Assembly (NCBI GenBank): GCA_977018835.1
Contig: OZ361259.1
Location: 558,001-622,000, forward strand
Direction of reading: 5' to 3'
From: Minutocellus sp. GHC0000111
Taxonomy: Eukaryota
Length of the DNA stretch: 64,000 bases
Positions 59,337 through 64,000 of the stretch are shown in pieces. Positions within the stretch are counted from its first letter, which is position 1; every line of letters begins with the position of its first letter. The translations under genes were made by a program, and so were the position numbers. The notes below the pieces were generated by a model. The model ran no database searches, was not told where the DNA came from, and was given only the letters and a program-made list of their open reading frames with translations.

Positions 59337-62172
59337 ATGACATCGACCAGTAGATCGCCCGGCGTATCTTTTAACGATCCATTTCCAGACTCTCCCGACC
59401 GAGCAACTTTCGAAGAAGCACATAATTCTTCGACATCTACATCTGCCACGCATGATCCCATCCTGCACGGCCATCTGCTCCAATCCAAGTACCGCGGGGC
59501 CGGATTTCGCAATTTTGGATCCAAATGGCGTCACGTCGTCCTCAACATTCGCACCGGCGAATTGTGTATATATCAAGTCGAGCAAGACGAAGGTGGTGGT
59601 GGCTACAACATTCGGAAAGAAGTTAGTCGGCAGAAGCAAGAGGGACAGCACCGCCTCGTCGTCGTCGGAGGTGGCCGTCAATGCCAAGAATCGGACCAAA
59701 TCCGAGCTGTATTTCTTGCCACGCGACCAACAGGACCAACAAAACAAGGGTGGTCGGACCAGCAACAGCAAGGCGGCGGCGCTGCTGCTCGGTTCGACCC
59801 TACCCCAGGAAGCCGATCTGATACTGCGCCTACCGGCCGGTACATGGGCCATCAAGGATTTGGTGGGGAACGACACGGCCTTCGTCGTCAAGTACGATTT
59901 GCGCTCGGTGGAGTTGACTGGCGGCACTGGTAAATTGCAAGGCGATCAGGACGAGGAATTGACGCTGGAAAGCAATGCATCGGTCACCAAAGATCGCAAG
60001 GCCAAGATACGGAGTCTCAAGTTGGGCAAGATGGGCAACAAGTAGACCCAGCGAGCAAGCAGCTGAAGACTCTTTCTTTGTGGACGACAATGAAAACGCA
60101 TCGGTCGGGATGTCGACGGTCCAGTCCGAATTCACATCGGCAACAGTAACAGCCGGTGGTATCAACAAAATGGCCAAATCCAAGGGCAAGATCACCCTCC
60201 GATGTCCCGGTGGTGGCAACGAGAAGGCCATGTGGGAGACCGCCGCAAGCAAATGCGGTGGGATCGATGCGCCCGAATTATTGGAAGAGATTGCACCGCA
60301 ATCCAAAAGTCAATTGTCGGCCATCGGACAGACGGTGTCAACTCAATCAAAGTCGGCATTCAAGATACTGTCCAAGAGCAAGCCCGTCAAGCAGATTGGC
60401 AAGACGGTGCCCAAATCCATCCAACCCAAGAATGTTACGTGGAGATATCGCAAGGATTTTACGGCTGTTGGTGCATTGAATATGAGTGTTTTGGTCAAGG
60501 GACCACTGCCCAACTCGGCGTTGAGCGAGATGCATCGATCGATTGTGCAAGATGACGACGAAGAGATGTCCATCACTGATAATACGAAATGCGACGAGGA
60601 TGAGCTCGGCAGAGTCAAGGAATACAAAGTTCAGCCCCAATGGGCATATCCCAATGTTTGGATGACTCCTCCTGAGCTCAAGAGAGAGATGCTAAGACGA
60701 TCGGATCATTTTCATGATTTGAGGGACGACGTGGATGGTGGGCAATCTGAGGTAAACAACTTGAGCCGTCGAATTGGCAGTCTTCAAGTCGAGGTGCTCA
60801 GCTGTCACGGTCTAGCGAGACAAGAAACGGTCGCCGATGCAATCAATCTTTCCGATGGGAGTGGTGGAGCTGTAGTATATCTCGTCGCAGGTGCCAAGGC
60901 ATTCTGCACAGATACCATTCCAGGAATCCGAGATCACTTTTGGCTCAGAAAGACTCGGAGAGCAGCAATCTTCCCACTATACCATCCTTATGACCATTTA
61001 TATGCCGGGGTCTTCGATGCCGACACCAACGACTTTTCGGGGAGGGTTTGTATCGATGTGGCCAAGTTACGGCCTGATAGCACTTATAACATTACCCTGC
61101 CTCTTCGACAGTCGGCCCAAATGTACGCCCGCAGAGGCCGAGGTACCATCCAACTGCGATTCAAGCTAGAGTGGGACGATGACAAAGCGGCAGTTCTTTC
61201 CTACCTACCACCTTCACTACGAGCAAATCCCGTGTCGATACCTTGTGGGGATAAGGTTGCATTCCGTAACATTGCAAGGACTGTTTATGGCGAAGATCTC
61301 CACGGGAAATGGAGTCGCACGATTATGAAGGCTACGACGAAAGAGCTCAAGCTCTACAAGAAGCACACCAAGGCGTTGAAGAAGCAAATTATGGGCGATA
61401 TTTCCGGCTGGGTCAATCCGACATTTTCGCTCTATGTCTTTGTTGCCTGGATGCACTGCGTCTATCGAGCCTCCATGGCTCTTATTTTGCCCTACTTTTT
61501 TGGGTTCGTTATCATGTGGCTTGTTCGAAACTACGCTACGTTTGTCCTCGGGAGCTATAAGCACATGGGATATACCCCGCCGACAATTCCCGAGCTCATT
61601 GCATCTCTTTTTGGGCTCAAAGCTATCCGTCCTCTCGAAGTGAAGAAGCACGACGCCCAAGACCCTCCTCCTATGCCTCAGCGGCCCTTTGCCGAGAAGA
61701 CATACAGGGCTACTGGATTCAAAGAGAGCGACGGCGATCTTGACGAAGAAGGCTACCATTTAGAGTTTCCATTTTCTGACGGCAATCGGCATCGGAAGGT
61801 ATTACTGAGAGACGCCTACGCAAAAGACCTGGCTCCAGCGCCATCACCTCGCAAATCGCTACCGGTGCCAGCTCGACCCGGCAGTAATCACCATTCTTCT
61901 GTTGAGATAACAGAACAGGATCTCTTCACATTCGAAGATGATGACGAAAACAACAATTTTGACGTGGACATGGCCGAGACTTCGTCAAAATTCTTGGCAT
62001 TGGAATCTAGTGGTAATGCTTCAGACCGAAAGCAGGTTATTGATCACATTGCTCCAGACCAGGATATGGATGTTCCGTACAAAGGCACAACAATATTCGA
62101 GGATTTGGAAGAATTTCTCGGTATTGCCCACTCTGCGACGTTTGGTCTAGTAAATGATCGTGTCGTCAAGGC
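59337..62172 (+). pseudogene. PH-like/C2 protein, disrupted (copy 2)
   Basis: Copy of 30855-33690. Confidence 0.65.
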
Positions 62173-62203
62173 CCGGAAGCTAGTGGTAAAGTCGTACCAA
62201 GCA

Positions 62204-62902
62204 ATGGCAAGTAGGAGGCAGCTGGTAGACGCCAAAAATTGCCTCCTTCCCCAAGGAGAATCCATTCGCCTTCCAGCTGATGGTGGCGACAGGGAAGACA
62301 GCGGCTGCCGACGTAATGGTGCAGATTGTTGTGGAAAAGAAGAAGCTATCAGAAATTGACTGGAAGCGCAATTTCATTTTCGTCGCATTTGGCTTTGGTT
62401 ACCTTGGAGGATTTCAGTATTGGATTATGGTGACCAAGTACCGACAATGGTTCCCCACGATGGATCGATTTGCCAAGCTCTCCTTTGCTGAAAAAATAAA
62501 GGACACGGCAGGAATACTCGATGCCTTGAAGATGGTTGCATTTGATGTATTCGTGCATTTGCCCATCAGTACTTCCCCTCGTATTATGTGTGCAAGGAGT
62601 TCGTAACATCTGATAGCTGGAATGTGTTGGATTGGGTCAAGGACGGCACGACGAAGTATGCCAACAATGCCAAGGAGGACTTGACGGCCATGATCAAGCT
62701 TTGGGGACCAAGTGATTGTGTCCAGTTTGTGTTGCCAGTGCATATTCGAATGCCATTTAGGCATTTGGTTTCCTTCTTTTGGACTGCCTACGTCTTGTTC
62801 ACTCGCGGTGGGTCCGAGCCGGAACCACAAAGCGAACAAGAAATGAATGCTCAAGTAGAAAAGGTCAAGCGAAGGATCTCGGCTGGAGAGCAGCCAGAAT
62901 GA
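62204..62902 (+). pseudogene. Mpv17/PMP22 pseudogene (copy 2)
   Basis: Copy of 33722-34420. Confidence 0.82.
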
Positions 62903-63037
62903 AGTCTTGACTTATTATTGGATGGAGTGAATGGCTTAATAATATTTATATCTGCTAACTTATATATATATATGTACACTTTTTCGCTCTTATTCTATTA
63001 GATACCAAAGATGGCCATCTCTATACATTGACATATG

Positions 63038-64000
63038 CTAGTGCTTCAGCGTTTCTCGGAGCGCCTGCCCAACCTTCTTCCGAGCCTTGTTCTTTTCAAC
63101 CTCCACCCACCCATCGGAGTAGACATCTTTTTCGAGGAACCTCCCACCATATCCATGAATGAAATTTACAACACACATGCTAAACTCCTGCTTCTCATCC
63201 TTGCTGCTCAGCTTTTGATAGTATGGTTTAAAGGCTTCAATCTTTTCGCGATACAGTTTGTTTCCTTTGTGATGATTCGTCAATCCTCCTCTACCAAGTA
63301 GGACATCCCTATCGGTTGGCTCCTCACAGGTCCCTGCAAAGAGTTCATAATCGTTGTATTTTGAGGCATGATCGCCCCTCTGGAGGAATTCATCAACATC
63401 AACAAGAATTGAAGCACTTTCCTCAAGATACTCCGCCTTTCGCTTACGATATTTTGTAAGGCTGTTGATATCCTTGCCCTTTGAAGGGCCACTGGTAGCA
63501 CATGCGGCAGTAGTTGTCTTCGGCGCCACGGCTGCAATCTTCGACTCTACAATGCTTGGAACACTTGGGGATGCCACGCCGCGCTCACCTTCAACACCAC
63601 CGGTAACAGTTGCAGTAGCATCACCACCAACTTCATTCGCAATTGGAGTATCACCCAACTTGAATTGTTCTCCGGCTTCAGAAGAAAACACACTCTCCTC
63701 CAGCGGCATCGGCACCAAATCTTCTCCCTCACCAAAAATTTCCTCGGGCGACATGTTCCCAGCGATGCCCACTGTTTTGCCGGCAACCCAATTCGAGCTC
63801 GCCGTGCGGCAACTCGACGACGTATCTCTCATTGGAAAGTTGGATTTGCTCGTAGTAGGAGTGGTATCATCGTCTCTTGCCTGGGTCGTTCTCGGAGATT
63901 TTTCGACATCATTGGTCAGGTTCGACTTATTTGTATGCGACGACGATGAGGCCACAGGGGCTGCCTCATCCTCGCCGTCGCTTTTGGAGGCATCCACTTT
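63038..64000 (-). CDS. DUF6824 domain protein; 5' end lies beyond the window
   Basis: The frame is open from the window edge and ends in DVLLGRGG..HKGN..GGRFL..KKVGQALRE. Confidence 0.8.
   Translation of the reverse strand, partial: KVDASKSDGEDEAAPVASSSSHTNKSNLTNDVEKSPRTTQARDDDTTPTTSKSNFPMRDTSSSCRTASSNWVAGKTVGIAGNMSPEEIFGEGEDLVPMPLEESVFSSEAGEQFKLGDTPIANEVGGDATATVTGGVEGERGVASPSVPSIVESKIAAVAPKTTTAACATSGPSKGKDINSLTKYRKRKAEYLEESASILVDVDEFLQRGDHASKYNDYELFAGTCEEPTDRDVLLGRGGLTNHHKGNKLYREKIEAFKPYYQKLSSKDEKQEFSMCVVNFIHGYGGRFLEKDVYSDGWVEVEKNKARKKVGQALRETLKH

Larger units (their letters stand above)
35310..63766 (+). repeat. Tandem segmental duplication, copy 2 (28,457 bp)
   Basis: Same ORF set and spacing as copy 1. 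One substitution seen (C27630 / T56112). Confidence 0.98.

Overview
Eukaryotic DNA, almost certainly diatom. The evidence is ASAF-type bipartite plastid presequences, a CoDi-like Copia element, a DUF6824 gene and TTAGGG telomere repeats. The window is dominated by a very recent, near-perfect head-to-tail duplication: 6828-35284 recurs at 35310-63766 (period 28,482 bp), and I found only one substitution between the copies. The junction is filled with 25 bp of pure telomeric repeat, (TAACCC)4C, and it cuts two genes (a GT61 glycosyltransferase and a DUF6824 protein). The duplicated unit and the unique 6.8 kb before it are a patchwork. Transposon relics include a PIF1/Helitron-type helicase, a deleted Copia, a probable LINE RNase H piece, a possible Harbinger piece and a fold-back. 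These are joined to multi-gene blocks of host DNA that are mostly truncated, frameshifted or fused (methyltransferase, sulfotransferase, TPR protein, DUF1350 hydrolase, DXS, PH/C2 protein, Mpv17). Intact-looking ORFs are GT61, YIPF6, a secreted metallophosphoesterase and DUF6824. Several transposon relics are extremely depleted of TpA, with TA>TG/CA changes between paired copies, which suggests a repeat-targeted mutation process opposite in direction to fungal RIP. All family calls come from motifs recognised by eye, not from database searches.
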